Origin: Malacoraja senta
Lineage: Eukaryota
Assembly: GCA_038087875.1 (NCBI GenBank)
Contig: CM075984.1
Location: forward strand, 37,076,001 to 37,140,000
Reading direction: 5' to 3'
Length of the DNA: 64,000 nucleotides
The notes under the pieces are model-generated. The model did not search any database. It was given only the letters and a program-made list of their open reading frames with translations, and was not told where the DNA came from. Shown here one piece after another: positions 24,094 to 37,752 of the stretch; position 1 is the stretch's first letter, and each line of letters opens with the position of its first letter. The position numbers were made by a program, and so were the translations under genes.

Positions 24094-25234
24094 TTGATTC
24101 AAGTCTGATACAGTAAAAGACACTTTATATATTGTGTATTAACAAAATATATTAACATTACATATTAACAAAAAAGTTATTATTTTAAAGCCTCAGGTGA
24201 TATCTTAACAAAGTTAACCTAGTCAAAATAGGTGGCACGATATAGCCTTGCAATAACATCCAGATTACTGTCTACCTGCACTCCCAAACTCGTAAATACT
24301 TGAGGCATATCTCTAAGATGGTGGTTGTCTCATCCACGTGGCTTTTATCCTGCTGTAATGGTGAGAGCAGGCTAACTGTCTAAAAATATGGAAGGTCATT
24401 GACTCAGCCGACTAATTCTTTCCTCGGTGTCCACACAAGCATGTCCCAGCTAGGGACGCTGATCAATGTGTCCCTCCTTAATGTGTAGACATTGTGACCT
24501 GCTGCTGCTGCTGCCACAGTGGACCAATTAACTCTGCATTGATTGTACATAACACTGGTCGAATGTGTGTGGCCCAGAAATTACAACCACGTCCTTGGTC
24601 AATGGGAAAGCCTTAGGCTTCGCTTGTTAACATGGTCAATTTTAGCTTAGATGTATATGTGTTTGTTTGGGGAAAGCTGCCTTTACAGAAACATTTACTC
24701 GGTTATTCTGAGCATTTGTTGACTGCTCCTCATGTTGAATATTTGTTTTAATGTGTTTTCAAGGACTTGCATTTACACTTCATGTCTTTGTATATTTTGA
24801 TTGCACACTGTAGGGGGAACATATTAGCATATATTTTGTGATACTGCTAAATATATTGCAGTCTTGATGCCTGAAACAAACTGGCTTGGATGGCCGATTT
24901 TCCTTTAGAAATTCAGAATTTGCCCATTTATTTAGAGTTCATTTCTGCAACAATAAATAAAGAGTGAGAAAGAAATAGGTTTCATTTCCATTGAAAATCT
25001 GCCCATGGAGCCAGGCCTGTGTCTTTTAAGGAGATGATACCCTTTATCATCTTAGTTTAGATTATTGTCACATGTACTGAGGTACAGTGAAAAGCTTTTT
25101 GTTGCACTCTATCCAGTCAGCGGAAAGAATATACATGATTACAACCAAGCCACTCACAGTGTACAAATACAGGGCAAAAGGAATACAGTTTAGTGCAGAG
25201 AAGTCTGACACTGAAATGATGTTATACAATAAGG

Positions 25235-25679
25235 CAGGGGTCGGCAAACCTACGGCCCCGGGCCGAATGCGGATGGTAACCCGAAATCATCTGGTCCACA
25301 GGCGGATTTCTTTCCCCGTAATCATCTGGCCCGCCGAGCACCGAGCACGGCCGAGCTCTGGCTGTACCGCATCCGGCGCAAAGCCGCCGGCACGGCCGCG
25401 CACCTTCTGTGAACACGTTTAAGAAAGTACTGCAGATGCTGGAAAAATCGAAGGTAGACACAAATGCTGGAGAAACTCAGCGGGTGAGACATGCAAGGAT
25501 TGCATGAGGCTGCCTCACCTGCTGAGTTTCTCCAGCATTTTTGTCTACCTTCTGTGAACATGTGCTTTGATGCCTGCCATTCGGGGCGGGATCCATGTGT
25601 ACACGTGATAGATGTAGCCCACCATCCACTCACAGACATGCGTCCTGGCCCCTATGCAGAACAAGGTTGCCGAACCCTG
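25235..25679. mobile_element. hAT (Charlie-like) MITE with a nested PLE unit
   Basis: TIR CAGGGGTCGGCAAACC..GGTTGCCGAACCCTG; 8-bp TSD CAATAAGG/CAGTAAGG. Confidence 0.85.
25416..25546. mobile_element. Fold-back PLE terminal units with 14-bp TSD
   Basis: ACCTTCTGTGAACA at 25402-25415 and 25547-25560. Confidence 0.85.
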
Positions 25680-25903
25680 CAGTAAGGGATGAATTGGTCT
25701 CACCTATTTTAACCAGAATTTTTCTCTCCTCATAGTTTTTTTTCCACTTCATTAGTATATTGTCAAACACAGAGTCTGTAGAATCAAGGGACTGTGGATG
25801 CTGGTTTACCAAGAAAAGGCACAACATGCTGGAATAACTCAGTGGGTTAGGCAGCATCCCTGGAGAACATTGAGGTCGAGACCCTTCTTCAATATACATC
25901 AGT

Positions 25904-25931
25904 CTGAAGAAGGGTGCCAACCCGAAACGTC
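25904..25931 (+). ncRNA. Minimal hammerhead core within an inverted PLE pair (~25780-25950)
   Basis: CTGAAGA A GGGT GCCA ACCC GAAA CGTC. Confidence 0.65.
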
Positions 25932-26854
25932 AATTCTCCAGGGATGTTGCCAAGCATAAATGTTGCCCTGAAACATTCACAATATTTTCAATATTCCTTG
26001 ATTTTATTTTACATTAGAATTTTGGAAGTTGGGGTAATTCGCTGGAAATGGGTTTTTATCACCAAACAAAATTGCTGATTTTTAAAAAATCACCTCAATC
26101 CACCATCTTTGAGTAACCGAATGTTATGTAATATGAAAGTTACACAAGTGCAGAATTATTTTGCCACGTATATTTGTGTACACATGTCAGCTTATGAATT
26201 TTTAAAGTAATATTTAGAAGCTTTTAGAGTGATTTGCTGTGCAGCATACTTTTGGGGCCTTCTCCGGGGTCTAAAACAAGTATAAACAAGGGTGTCAGGG
26301 GTTATGGGGAGGGCAGGAGAATGGGGTTGAGAGGGAAAGATAAATCAACCATGATTGAGTAGACGTAATGGGCCGAATGGCCTAATTCTGTATATACTCA
26401 TTCTCCTATAACTTAACTTTTAAGTGCAGTCAGTGATAATTCCAAAGAGCAATTCATTTAGCTCAGGGCAAGGGCACTTCTGTCAGAAGGGCAATGTTTT
26501 TTTTTGGACAAATTCTTACACTAGTGGGAGCGTAATGTGTCCTGAATTTGCATGGTGCTTCAAATTTTACAAACTTTGAGCCAATTTCAGGTTAATTATG
26601 CGGTAGAATTCAGGGCTAGCTCGCTCTCTCACTGTGAAAGTCTTATACTGCAGCATATTGATGGTCCCGTACTTCAGCGCTCACCAGTATCAATCATGCC
26701 AGTCATTAACACAGTAAGGAGCTAAAATGTTCTCAGTCAGTACTGCTGAACGTGCACTTGGTGCCCAAAATGTGCAGGGTCACCGTTATCATTATGTTAT
26801 TACTACCAGCGGAGGACATATTTCTAACCAGTGGCTTCTTTCCGACAACAAAGA

Positions 26855-27173
26855 GCGGCATGGTGGCGTAGCGGTAGATCTACTGCCTTACAGCGCCAGA
26901 GACCCGGGTTCAATCCTGACTACGGGTGCTTGTCTGTACGGAGTTTGTACGTTTTCCCCGTGACCTGCGTGGGTTTTTTCCGAGATCTTCAGTTTCCAAC
27001 CACTCACCAAAGATGCACAGGTTTTGTGGGTTAATTGGCTCGGAATACATGTAAAATGTCCCTAGTGTGTATAGGATAGTGTTGGTGTGCGGGGATCGCT
27101 GGTCAGTGTGGACTCGGTGGGTTGAAGGGCCTGTTTCCGCGTTGTATCTCTAAACTAAAAAACTAAACTAAAC
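26855..27173 (+). mobile_element. HE1-like V-SINE
   Basis: Head, V domain and (CTAAA)n tail. Confidence 0.88.
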
Positions 27174-28323
27174 ATAGTCAGCAAATACAGAGAGAATCTA
27201 GGAACAGTTCTTCATCTCCTTTGTCCAAACAACAAAAAAACGTAATTAAATAATGTTTTGACAGCAGCCTACTGTTTGATTCGCTGCTACATCTCATCCA
27301 GAGATGCCAGCATTCGATGCTGTGCTTCATTGTCATTTCCAGTTGTCCTTTTCACCCCGATAGCTGTCATTCCTGTCTCTCTCCCATCCTGTCGGTGACT
27401 ACTCCGGCCTCCAGCTCTGTATTTATTTCAGGTAAACTTTCACCTTCCCACCTTTTGCATCCATTTGGATTCTGTAGAGGCCTGCATCTTAAATGTCTCG
27501 CCTGCCTTTTCAAATTTAGTTAAATCCACAATGCCTTTCCTACACTTTTCCTTCTGGACTTGTTGCAGAATGCATTTTTTTTATTCCCTCCTTAATTTCT
27601 GAGGAAGAAGATACCCTGGCAATTGTGGAATTTTCTCATCGCTTTTATGTGACGGAAAGACTTTCAAATGGACAACATAGCACTGGAATGCCTTACTTTG
27701 AGTGAAGGGGCGGACAGAAAGGAAACCAGAAATCATTTTTCATCGTCGCTATAATTGCATATTGAGAAGAAAATAAATACAGACGTGAAATTGTTGAAAA
27801 GGATAAGTGTCACAGTGTTAAAAACATATTCAAGGTCAGTTTATTGTATATTTCCACTCATGTTCTCGTGGACAATAAGTTCACAGAGATTGGTGGTGCA
27901 TACAGACCAGCGATTAGATTCTTTGATTCCCCAGTAGTGTTATTGCCCCTCTGCTCCTGTATTCAGAGGTCATGCACTCTTGAATGTCTTCATTTCTAGT
28001 AGTAGTATTGCAGTTAATCTCCCTGCATTATCAATGTGGCATCAGTTTGGTTCTGAAGGAACGGAGGGATGTGCATCATGTGCAGGCAGATGAGATCAGT
28101 TTATCATGCCATTGTGTTTGGCCCAGACATGATGGGCTGAATGGCCTGTTCCTGTGCTGCACTATGTTATGTTCTATATTGCAGTCAGTGAATTCAGGAT
28201 TGTGGCCCGAAACATCACCCATCAATGTTCTCCAGAGATGCTGCCTGACCTGTTGAGCTACTCCAGCACTTTGTGTCATTGTCATCTGGTGTCTGCTATA
28301 TCCACACTGGCCAGTAAAATCAT

Positions 28324-28600
28324 CAGATGAATAGATTGGGTAGATGCAGAGTCTCTTGCCCAGAGTAGGTGAATCGAAGACCAGAGGACATAGGTTTCAG
28401 GTGGCGGAGAAAAGATTTATTAGGAATCTGAGGGTTAACATTTTTACACAAAGGGTGGTAGGTGTATGGAACAAGCCGCCAGGAGGTAGTTGAGGCAGGG
28501 ACTATCCCAAGATTTAAGAAACAGACAGGTACATTGATAGGACAGGTTTGGAGGGATATGGACCAAACGCGGGCAGGTGTGACTAGTGTAGCTGGGACAC
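28324..28600 (+). mobile_element. CR1 3' fragment
   Basis: ACCAGAGGACATAGGTTT..TTTACACAAAGGGTGGTAGGTGTATGGAAC. Confidence 0.75.
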
Positions 28601-29386
28601 TCTATGAATCCATAGCAGGTGTGGGTGGGTAAAGTAGAAACCAGTTGACTAGGACACAAAGTAGTTAAGCTAGTTCACTCCGTCCTTGATTACCTCAGAG
28701 ATGCATTAACAGGGTTTTTACGAGTGAGAGCCTGAGGCAATTTTATGCCAGTCATGTCCCTTAGTCACTTGGACTGTGGCACAGTTTTAACCAGAACCTT
28801 GAATGATGAAGGCTCCTTGGCAATTTTATCAGGAGGTGCCAGATGTATCCTGCTTGTCCCAAACCAAAGAATCTCCAATCTCAAGATTAAAGGAATCAGA
28901 TGAATCTTCATATACGTTTAAGCAAAATTGAACTGACAACCTGCTCTAAACTGCACAGCATGCGATGGAATTTCTCTAGCGACTGCTCTAAATGTCTTGC
29001 ATGGTCCCTTGATCTTTATCTTTCAAAAAGTGTAAATCGTCTGTGGTCTTGTAATAATATTAAATTTTTTATCATATTCTCTGCAGTCTTAAAGTCCACA
29101 AGATCAAATGTAATTATTTTTCATCTTTAACATTAGAAATGTGATATTGGGCACCATGTCTCTGACTACAGTCAGTCCTGATATGAGCTGAGTGCTCATT
29201 CAGTTCCGACAGAGAGCCCTGTGGTATTCCTTACCAACAGTTTAATTTAATTCAATTTTGTTTAATTTAAACTGGGTACAGTGACTAATTGCCATGAAAG
29301 TTTGCCGTGTGATTGTGTTGATATAAGGAAGATCATGACACAAGTAAACCCTTTCTAGCCCTTGATGCAAACACATCGCAACGTGA

Positions 29387-29668
29387 AGTTGCTGCCTTAC
29401 AGCGAATGCAGCGCCGAAGACCTGGGTTTGATCCCGACTACGAGTGCTGACTGTACGGAGTTTGTACGTTCTCCCCGTGACCGCGTGGGTTTTCTCCGAG
29501 ATCTTCGGTTTCCTCCCACACTCCAAAGACGTACAAGTTTGTAGGTTAATTGGCTTGGTATAAATGTAAATTGTCCCTTGTGTGTTAATGTGCAGGGGTC
29601 GCTGTTCGGTGCGGAGTCGGTGGGCCGAAGGGCCTGTTTCCGCGCTGTATCTCTAAACTAAACTAAAC
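29387..29668 (+). mobile_element. HE1-like V-SINE
   Basis: B box, V domain and tail. Confidence 0.88.
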
Positions 29669-29679
29669 GAGACCAAAAA

Positions 29680-29848
29680 AGGAACAGGTAACATTTCGGG
29701 TCAAGGTCTTTCTTCAGACCCTTCGTCTGAAGAAGAGTCTCGACATGAAATGTCACCTATTCCTTCATTCCAACGATACTATCCGGCCCGCTGCATTACT
29801 CCAGCTTTTTGTGTCTATCTTCGGCATCTGCAGTTCCTTCCTACACAT
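29680..29848. mobile_element. Inverted pair of PLE hammerhead units
   Basis: ..CTTCAGAC-CCTTC-GTCTGAAGAAG.. head-to-head junction. Confidence 0.75.
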
Positions 29849-30302
29849 GATAGGCGAACAGTTCAGGTACATTCAGCTGCCGTTTGCCAGCAAGGTTAAA
29901 GACTATTGTTACGGAGAGGGCTAGTTATTTTTTAAGGCCGTTCTACAAGCTTTTCCCCAATTTACACATTTTTTGATTTATGAACTTTTGCTATAATGGA
30001 ATTGTTTTTTTGTTGTACAATTTATGCCTATTTTTCAAATGTTAGATAAGGAGAGAAGAGGAGTGAAATGTAAAGCCAGAGGGAGGATTACAGATGGAAG
30101 GAGAGAGAAGGTGGGGGAGGACAGTGTAGTGGGAGAAATGCATGCACACATCAGGGTGTAGGGAAGACACAGGCAAGGGTGAGGGGCTATGGAGGGTATT
30201 ATGTAAAATGGGAGCATGCGGAATACATGGTGCTGTCGCCATGTGGCAATGGACTGCAAACCGTTTACCGCTGCTTTACTCCAGCACTCTGCATTTGGCT
30301 CC

Positions 30303-30502
30303 NNNNNNNNNNNNNNNNNNNNNNNNNNNNNNNNNNNNNNNNNNNNNNNNNNNNNNNNNNNNNNNNNNNNNNNNNNNNNNNNNNNNNNNNNNNNNNNNNN
30401 NNNNNNNNNNNNNNNNNNNNNNNNNNNNNNNNNNNNNNNNNNNNNNNNNNNNNNNNNNNNNNNNNNNNNNNNNNNNNNNNNNNNNNNNNNNNNNNNNNNN
30501 NN
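30303..30502. other. Assembly gap (N run)
   Basis: Ns. Confidence 1.
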
Positions 30503-30706
30503 AGAATTCTCTGCCACCGAAGGCAGTGGAGGCCAATTCACTGGATGTTTTCAAGAGAGAGTTGGATTTAGCTCTTAGGGCTAAGGGATATGGGGAAAAT
30601 GCCGGAACGGGATACTGATTTTGTGTGATCAGCCATGATCATATTGAATGGCGGTGCTGGCTCTAAGGGCCGAATAGCCTACTCCTGCACCTATTTTCTA
30701 TGTTTC
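30503..30706 (+). mobile_element. CR1 3' end
   Basis: NSLPPKAVEANSLDVFKRELD plus tail. Confidence 0.85.
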
Positions 30707-30950
30707 TGTCCACCAAACACCAGTGCGCCAGCAATAGATGCTCAATAATATTTACCCCTGGCACCCTGACAGAGGATCTGGAAAAGGAATCTTAGCTTTC
30801 AATGTTTGTTTCTTCACATGCAACACTTAAATAAGTGGTCAGAATTTTGGTGCAATGGGCTCAACATGGATTTGGAATTTATTCTGACGCACATCCTTGA
30901 CCAGAATCCATAGGCCATGATCTGACAGTTCATATAGAATCCATGGTGTT

Positions 30951-31076
30951 CACAGTCTGAAAAAGAGTCCCAACACAAAATCTCACTTATCCAGAGATGC
31001 TGCCAGATCCGCTGAGCGACTCCAGCACTTTGTGCTTGTTTTTTTGTAAACCAACAACTGCAGTTCCTTGTTTCTT
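30951..31076 (+). mobile_element. Diverged solo PLE hammerhead unit with 9-bp TSD
   Basis: CATGGTGTT at 30942-30950 and 31077-31085. Confidence 0.7.
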
Positions 31077-31623
31077 CATGGTGTTGACTCTACTGTTGTC
31101 CTGCACTGTTGACTCCATGTAAGAGTCCGTGGGGATTTAGATAGTGAAGTGTGTTGGTAGACAGACGGACGACTTTTGGATCTCTGGTACATGTATCTTG
31201 TGGCAGACGCCAAGGCTCGGGTTGATACAATGGAGTGTGTAAATCATCTGTCTGATCTCGCCCTCGGTCTCAGCTTGCCCCTTCTTTTGGAAAAACAAGC
31301 AAAAGTCTGAGGTCTTGCTTTAAGAGATCTTCATTGCTTACCTAAGCTGGAACTAGGCTACATCATTCTGCAGTGCCTACAGTACTCTGTGTAACCCGCT
31401 CTTTGGAGGTCTTTCCATCACAGGTACACTGAATCTCATTTGTGCCTGCAGGGTGAAGTTCATTTCAAGTGCAGAGTCATAAAAATCACCAGCTTTCTTC
31501 CAGTAAGGTCCAAAGAAAAAGAAATGAAATAATCACCAGAAGATCTTTCTCATTTGATGCCAGTTGAGGGATAAATGTTGGTCAGAATCCCAGAGTGAAC
31601 TACCTGCTCTCCTTTGCTGTAGT

Positions 31624-32391
31624 TTAGTTTAGTTCAGTTAAGAGATACAGCACGGAAACAGACCTTTTGGCCCACCGAGTCCATGCCGACCATCAGTCCA
31701 CGTACACTAGCGTTATCCAACACATGAGGGACAATTTACAATTAACCACGCGGTCACAGGGAGCACGTACAAACTCCATATAGACAACACACGCAGTCAG
31801 AATCAAACACGGGTCTCTGGTGCTGTAAAGCCCCTGTCCCAATTTCACGACCTAATTGGCGACCTCTGCCGAGTTTGCCCTTGACTTATACTCGCAGCAT
31901 GGTCGTTGGAGGTCTTTGTAACTCTTCCTCATGCTCGTGAGTGGTCTCAAGTGGGTTGCGATGTTTTTTCCAGCCTGATAAAAAATGTCCAAGAGTAAAA
32001 AAAAGGTCGGCATGGAAAAAATTGATACTTTTTACTCATAGGTAGGTCGTGATGGTAGTCGTAGGTAGTCGTTGGTGGTCGTAGGTCAGTAACTGGCCCG
32101 AGAAAAAAAATGCAAACATGACATCATTGTATCATGTGATCATTTTCCACTCGTAGTTAGTCGGAGTTGGTCTTAGGGGGGAATCGTAGGAGGTCATAGA
32201 CATAGTTGTAGGAGGTCGTAGACATAGTTGTAGGATGTAGTAGACATAGTCATAGGAGGTCTTTTACTTCGGCGAGTCAACACGACCTTGACATTTTTTT
32301 CAACTCGTCTAGGGTCTTCTAAACTCATGGATTAGGTCGTCCAAGTGGGACAGGCCCTTAAGGCTGCAACTTTACTGCCACCGTGGCGCCC
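31624..32391 (-). mobile_element. V-SINE interrupted by a Harbinger MITE
   Basis: CTGTAGT duplicated at 31617-31623 and 32392-32398; head split at GCTGTAA|GGC. Confidence 0.8.
31829..32358. mobile_element. PIF/Harbinger MITE
   Basis: TIR AGCCCCTGTCCCA..TGGGACAGGCCCT; TAA TSD; internal 22-bp repeats. Confidence 0.88.
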
Positions 32392-33638
32392 CTGTAGTGT
32401 TATCAACATTGGGAGGATCGGTTGGTTTAAATCAAAACACGGCACCTCTGGCAGTGTGGCTCTGCCTTCACACAGCGGTGGAACATAAAACAAGATTCTC
32501 TGATCAGCTTCTCGAATGGGACTGACATCTATGATCTCCTGAAGCTGGACACAAAATTGCCGGAGTATATCAGTGGGTCAGGCAACAGCTCTGGAGTAAA
32601 AAGGATGGATGACGTTATGAGTCGGGACCCTTCTTCAGACTACGATTTGCTGAATTGGCGAACTTTTTTTTCTCCGTGTCACAACCGCTGAGACGTGGAG
32701 CAAAACAGAGCGCTGTATTCTGAGGTTCCCTGGTCCTTCTGTGGAGAGCGGCAGAACCCTGAGGAATGTTGCCTCTGCTGGAATGTGAAGTTTAAGCAAA
32801 TAATTTAATCGCCCCCTTACTGCACAGACGATGAACTTTTGTGACTTCACTCAATCTCGTTTAGGTCACCCAGCAGTGCTGACAGTTCATTAACTGTGAG
32901 CTGTGAACCACACTCTCACTGTCGCTGCCTTTCTGGTCACCGTGGGTTTGAAGTCTCTGCTGTTAATCTGCTGCTAAAGTATGCATGGGGGTTTGCTTTT
33001 ATGCCGCTATAAATTATGAGCAGCACACCAGACCCAACATGACGGGAGAGATTTTTAAAAAGGGTTGTCCTCATCTCCGAGCAATTTCTTTGCTGAATAT
33101 TGCATCGGCAGAGTGAGGAAAAATCTGCATGGCTTCAGGTAGACAAAGACGTGCTATATACTGCGGTTTGTTCGACAAAGCGAGAGACGTTTTCAAGCTG
33201 TGACCTCTTCCCTTTTGTTCCAGCCTCAAGTTCGAGAAACTCGGGAGTCAAAAGGATACACGATTTTCATATGCTAATGTTTGCATTTTTAGGTTCACCA
33301 GAGTAGTGGGTGCTTCAGCTCTGCTCTCCGCCAGAACTCTCACACAATGACATGTTATCACGAAGGCCTTAAATCATGGCTCCCTTTCTTTTTAAAGATT
33401 CGAGTTCTAATGCTGCCTTTGAGACCTCAACACCACCTCTCCCATTGCTCAGCATTCCTGTACAGGCGGACCTGCTGCTGCTTTTTGCTATCCTAGACCT
33501 CCTCGGTTTATTACAATACTGAACTAACAGAATTAAATTATGAAAGCAGGGTGCACAGACGAACCTTGTATTCCCTTGACCATAGAAGATTAAGAGGTGA
33601 TCTAATTGTGGTGTTCAATACGATTCATGGGTTTGTAA

Positions 33639-33877
33639 AGGGCGTGTCTCACTTGGCGAAGGCCGGCATCATTGACTGACGTATATCAGGTCACCAAAAA
33701 ATTTGCAGCGTGGTGCGGCGGTGACGCGCGTCATGACGCATGACGCGCGCTGTTTTTTCAAGTGTCGCAACATTTTTTTTTGTCGCCGCAGGATTTTTGA
33801 AATGTTCAAAATCTTTTGACAACTTACTGATATGACGCCGGCAGTCGCCGAAAAAATCCCCAAGTGGGACAGGCCCT
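33639..33877. mobile_element. PIF/Harbinger MITE inside an old CR1 remnant
   Basis: TIR AGGGCGTGTCTCACTTGG..CCAAGTGGGACAGGCCCT; TAA TSD. Confidence 0.88.
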
Positions 33878-34195
33878 TAAGGTTGTCGGAAAAAATAACT
33901 TTGCTTCCACCAGTTGGGGAGTCCAGAATATTAAAGTTTGATCCGAGTGGTTCAAAGAAATGCTTCTTGATATAAATATTCGTAGAGGTCTTGAACCTTT
34001 AAACCCTAATGATCAAATGCTGATTTCCAGAGCAAAGTTGGTTGTTTTTAGACCAGAGAGTTCAAGGAAAAAATGGTAAAGGTAGGTTGAGCTGCAGGTC
34101 AAAGAGAAGAATCCCAAGAGTGAGTCTGAGAAACCACCGAGTCCTTCATTACAATGTTGGAAAGTAGAATGTCTAGACACAAAAGGCATCAAGGA

Positions 34196-34686
34196 GCAGT
34201 TCAGTTTAGTTCATTGTCACGTGTACCCAGTGAAAAGCTTTTGTTGCATGCTAACCAGTCAGCAGAGAGACAATAGATTATTACAATCGATCGATTTACA
34301 GTGTATAAACACATGATAATGGAATAATGTTTAGTGCAAGGTAAAGCCAGCAAAGTCCGATCAATGATGGTCCAAGGGTCACCAAAGAGGTAGATAGTAG
34401 TTCAGTGCTGCTCTCTGGGTGTGGTAGGATGATTCAGTTGCCTGATAACTGCTGGGAAGAAAACTCTCCCTGAATCATCTGGTGGTATGTGCTTTCACAC
34501 TTCTATACCTTTTGCCTGATAGCAGAGGGGAGAAGAGGGTGTGGCCAGGATGCGACTCGTCCTCGATTATGCTGCTGGCCTTGCCAAGGCAGCGTGAGGT
34601 ATAAATGGAGTCAATAGAAGGGAGGTTGGCTTGTGTGATGGTCTGGGCTGTGTCCACAATTCGCTGCAGTTTCTTGCGGTCTTGGC
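34196..34686 (-). mobile_element. Rex1/Babar LINE 3' fragment
   Basis: LPSIDSIYTSRCLGKASSIIEDESHPGHTLFSPLLSGKRYRS..FFPAVIRQLN. Confidence 0.88.
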
Positions 34687-36962
34687 ATTGGAAATGGTAT
34701 TGAGATAAAGGGTAGTCATAGTCGCATTGAATGACGGAGCAATCTCATGGCCTACATTCCTTCCTCTTTTTTAAGTCGCAATGAGATCGAATCATAGCAA
34801 ATTTTCAGTGCAAGAATGTGGTCATTTGGCTTATCCTGCTGTGCTAGGTAGAAAATAACTTGCCAACCTTATCCCACCTCTCAGTACTTAGTGTACACCT
34901 CTGCAGGTCAGGATTCTTCAAGTACACAACAAAGTACTGATAAATACAATGAGAAATTCTGCCCCAACCAGCTTTCAGCAGTAATCCTGATATCATGGGT
35001 GAAAAAAAAATATTTCCTCATTTCCCCGCTGATTGTTTAACCTACTGCTTTAAATCTGTCCCAGCCAAGGGAAATTCCTGCTTCCTATATCCTGTGTCTC
35101 GGCCCTTCATTAAGCAATGCACTTCCATTAAATCCGCTCTCTGCCTACACTGTCCAAAGAAAACAATCCCAATTTAGCTCCTCTTCCGGTAAAATTAAGA
35201 CTTTCCAATCCTGACAATGTCCTTATTAATCTCTATTATTTTAAGCTTCTCCAGTTCCATCACATCTTTCCAAAACTTGGTGACCATTGAGTTACACATT
35301 GGTTGTATCTAACTTCATTATCCAGCTGGCCCTCATTTTATCACTGGTTAACCTGATCTTGTGTTGACTTCAAGTAATGTCCCAGTTACTAGCAACATGT
35401 ATTTCCAAGTCTATACCCTGTCATGGATTACTAGTCATTGTATATACAGAACATGTGCTCACCCATTGTGGGTAAATAACTGTCTCAAAGAGGGCACACT
35501 TCTGAATCCTGTGCTGCCTAATATCTCTGATTGTAACTTATTCTTCAGTATTTTACAAATGGTGTAAATAAGAAAACGTGTCTGCCCCAAAAGTAAACAC
35601 AGAGCTCGCCTGCAGTTCCAAAGGCATGGCAACAAAGCAGGCGCTCAGTTTTGCTGTAGGTTGTTAAACACGGCAACTCCATTGCAGAAACCCCAACTTT
35701 TTGTCTGTTCAACCAGAATTTAATTGGCTGCCTAATTACTTCAGCAAACATCTATTTGTCTGATCCCAAATCACAAACTAAGTAGATTCAACAAATGTAA
35801 TTAAAAAGGAAAACAAAGAGGGCTTTCTTTTGTTTGGTGAGTTGAATAAATTCTGTGCAAATATGCAGAGCACACTATGAGGTCGAACAAAAGACTCCAA
35901 GTGAGTACTTTGCTGAATAAGGTGGAAATGGACCTGGATATATGGGAGGGTTTCAAGGAATAGAATCTGAAACTTGTATTAGGACGGTCTGAGAAATGGA
36001 AACCTCTTTCTGACGGGCCACACGTGTCTTTTTTTTATTCGATCGGTATATGTTGAAATTCGAAGGAAGGATTGTACTCTGCGGAGCTCTGTGTCCAATG
36101 CATGAGTCCTGAATGAATCCTCCAGAGAACATTAGGGAGAGAAGGGGCGGATGGAAGTCCATACTTCCTACAATCATTTCTTTCATTTAATCCATCAGTG
36201 CAAGGATTGGAGAAAGTGCCTGTTGTTGATTCTTCGAGTATTTCTGGGGTGTTTTAGTCATATGTGACAGTGCAAAGTGCAACATCTCAGAAATATAGTA
36301 TCTTTGAGAGTTGTTTGTCCACGGTCGATGTACATTGTGACGGATCATCTGTGAGAGGCTGCATACTTGAAGATTACATGTTGCTGGTCTGTATCAACAC
36401 AAAGACAGGTATAAAAACTTGCACCTTATACAGACCACTGGGATAATAAAGTATATGAATGCAACCAATGCACACTGTTCCACAGATTGTCTAACCCCCC
36501 CCCACCCAAAATGTATTTCCTAAATGGGGGAAAAAATGCAAGCATTACATGCATTACGGACATGCAAGAGGTACGTTAATTGTGGACCTTGTCTGATATT
36601 TTGTCTGGACGAAATAGTGTGGCGTGGCCTCACTTTGTATCATTAGGATCCAAAGATCAGTGCAGGTTATAACCTGAACCCCAGCACTGAGACTCTTTCC
36701 CTTCCTTTGGCATTTTATCTGGTGCATCAACTTCTAGATTTTGCTGGCACTATTTACTTTCAAGCCATTTTCCTTTTGTGGAATAAGGTTGCTCAAGCTC
36801 ACAGTGTGTGTAATTTACTGGCGCAATGGCTATGAGACTCTGTTTCTACACAGGTGACGATGGATAATGGAACAGACTTCTCTTGTTTTAGTAGATCAGC
36901 CGTCCTCTGTCTCTGCCGTGTGGTACTGAGGTATCACAACTACCATTTCTTCCCATTTGAGA

Positions 36963-37049
36963 AACAAGGAACTACAGATGCTGGTTTATACCAAAGATAG
37001 ACACAAAAAGCTGCCTGACCCGCTGAGTTACTCCAGCACTTTGTGTCTA
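36963..37049. mobile_element. Very short fold-back PLE unit with 15-bp TSD
   Basis: TCTTCCC(A/G)TTTGAGA at 36948-36962 and 37050-37064. Confidence 0.8.
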
Positions 37050-37752
37050 TCTTCCCGTTTGAGAGCTAGTTATATGTATTTTAGTTGAGATGTCATTGTG
37101 GATGGAGTCTTGAAATGCGGTTAGGAATAGATATCTTGACAAGGTTCATTGGTTTACTTTTGGGATATCATCTAAAGCCCTGTTACTATTCATGCCAAGC
37201 ATGGAGGTGTCAATGAATTGGTTATTTATAGTGGGCTGTGACAGATTAAGGCTTTATGACTCTATAATGTGTTAAACAGGTAAACTGCCTCGAATCATTT
37301 TTTAAATGACATTGTCCCATATATTGTCCATAGTATGAATATTGTTGGGTGGGCCTGCAGCAAGTACTTCTACAGGGATGCTGTCTATGCTGGCTGCGCA
37401 ATGTCAATGGTGGGGGGAAAATGGTTTTGTTTGTGCAGGCATCCTTGGCGGCTCTGAGCATCTCCATTAACCTTTTGACCTTGCACCTATCAATATCCCC
37501 ATCTAAGTGGAGAAAGCAGCAGTCACGCCATCCTCTGTGTACGGCAATGGTGGTTCAGCAAAGACAGTGATCAGATGCAGAGTGGTGCACATCGTGGCTG
37601 AAGGCTTCCGCAACACAGTCAGTGAGCAGAGTGTCAGCAGATGATGTCCATTTTAACACATTGACCAAGCCATGATTAAGGATCTCATCTGCAAGTGCTG
37701 CAGTCCATATGAGCTGCACGTATTAGGTATTCGAGCTGTGCACTGAACCTTT

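Larger units (their letters stand above)
31562..32543 (-). mobile_element. Old DeuSINE (SacSINE1/AmnSINE1-like) remnant split by nested insertions
   Basis: GAGGGATAAATGTTGGTCAG..CCTGCTCT and GGTTTAA..ACGGCACCTCTGGCAGTG resemble the rc of the Deu domain. Confidence 0.6.

Noticed and set aside
30035-30618. ORFs on both strands
   Set aside because: Open only because they span the N run
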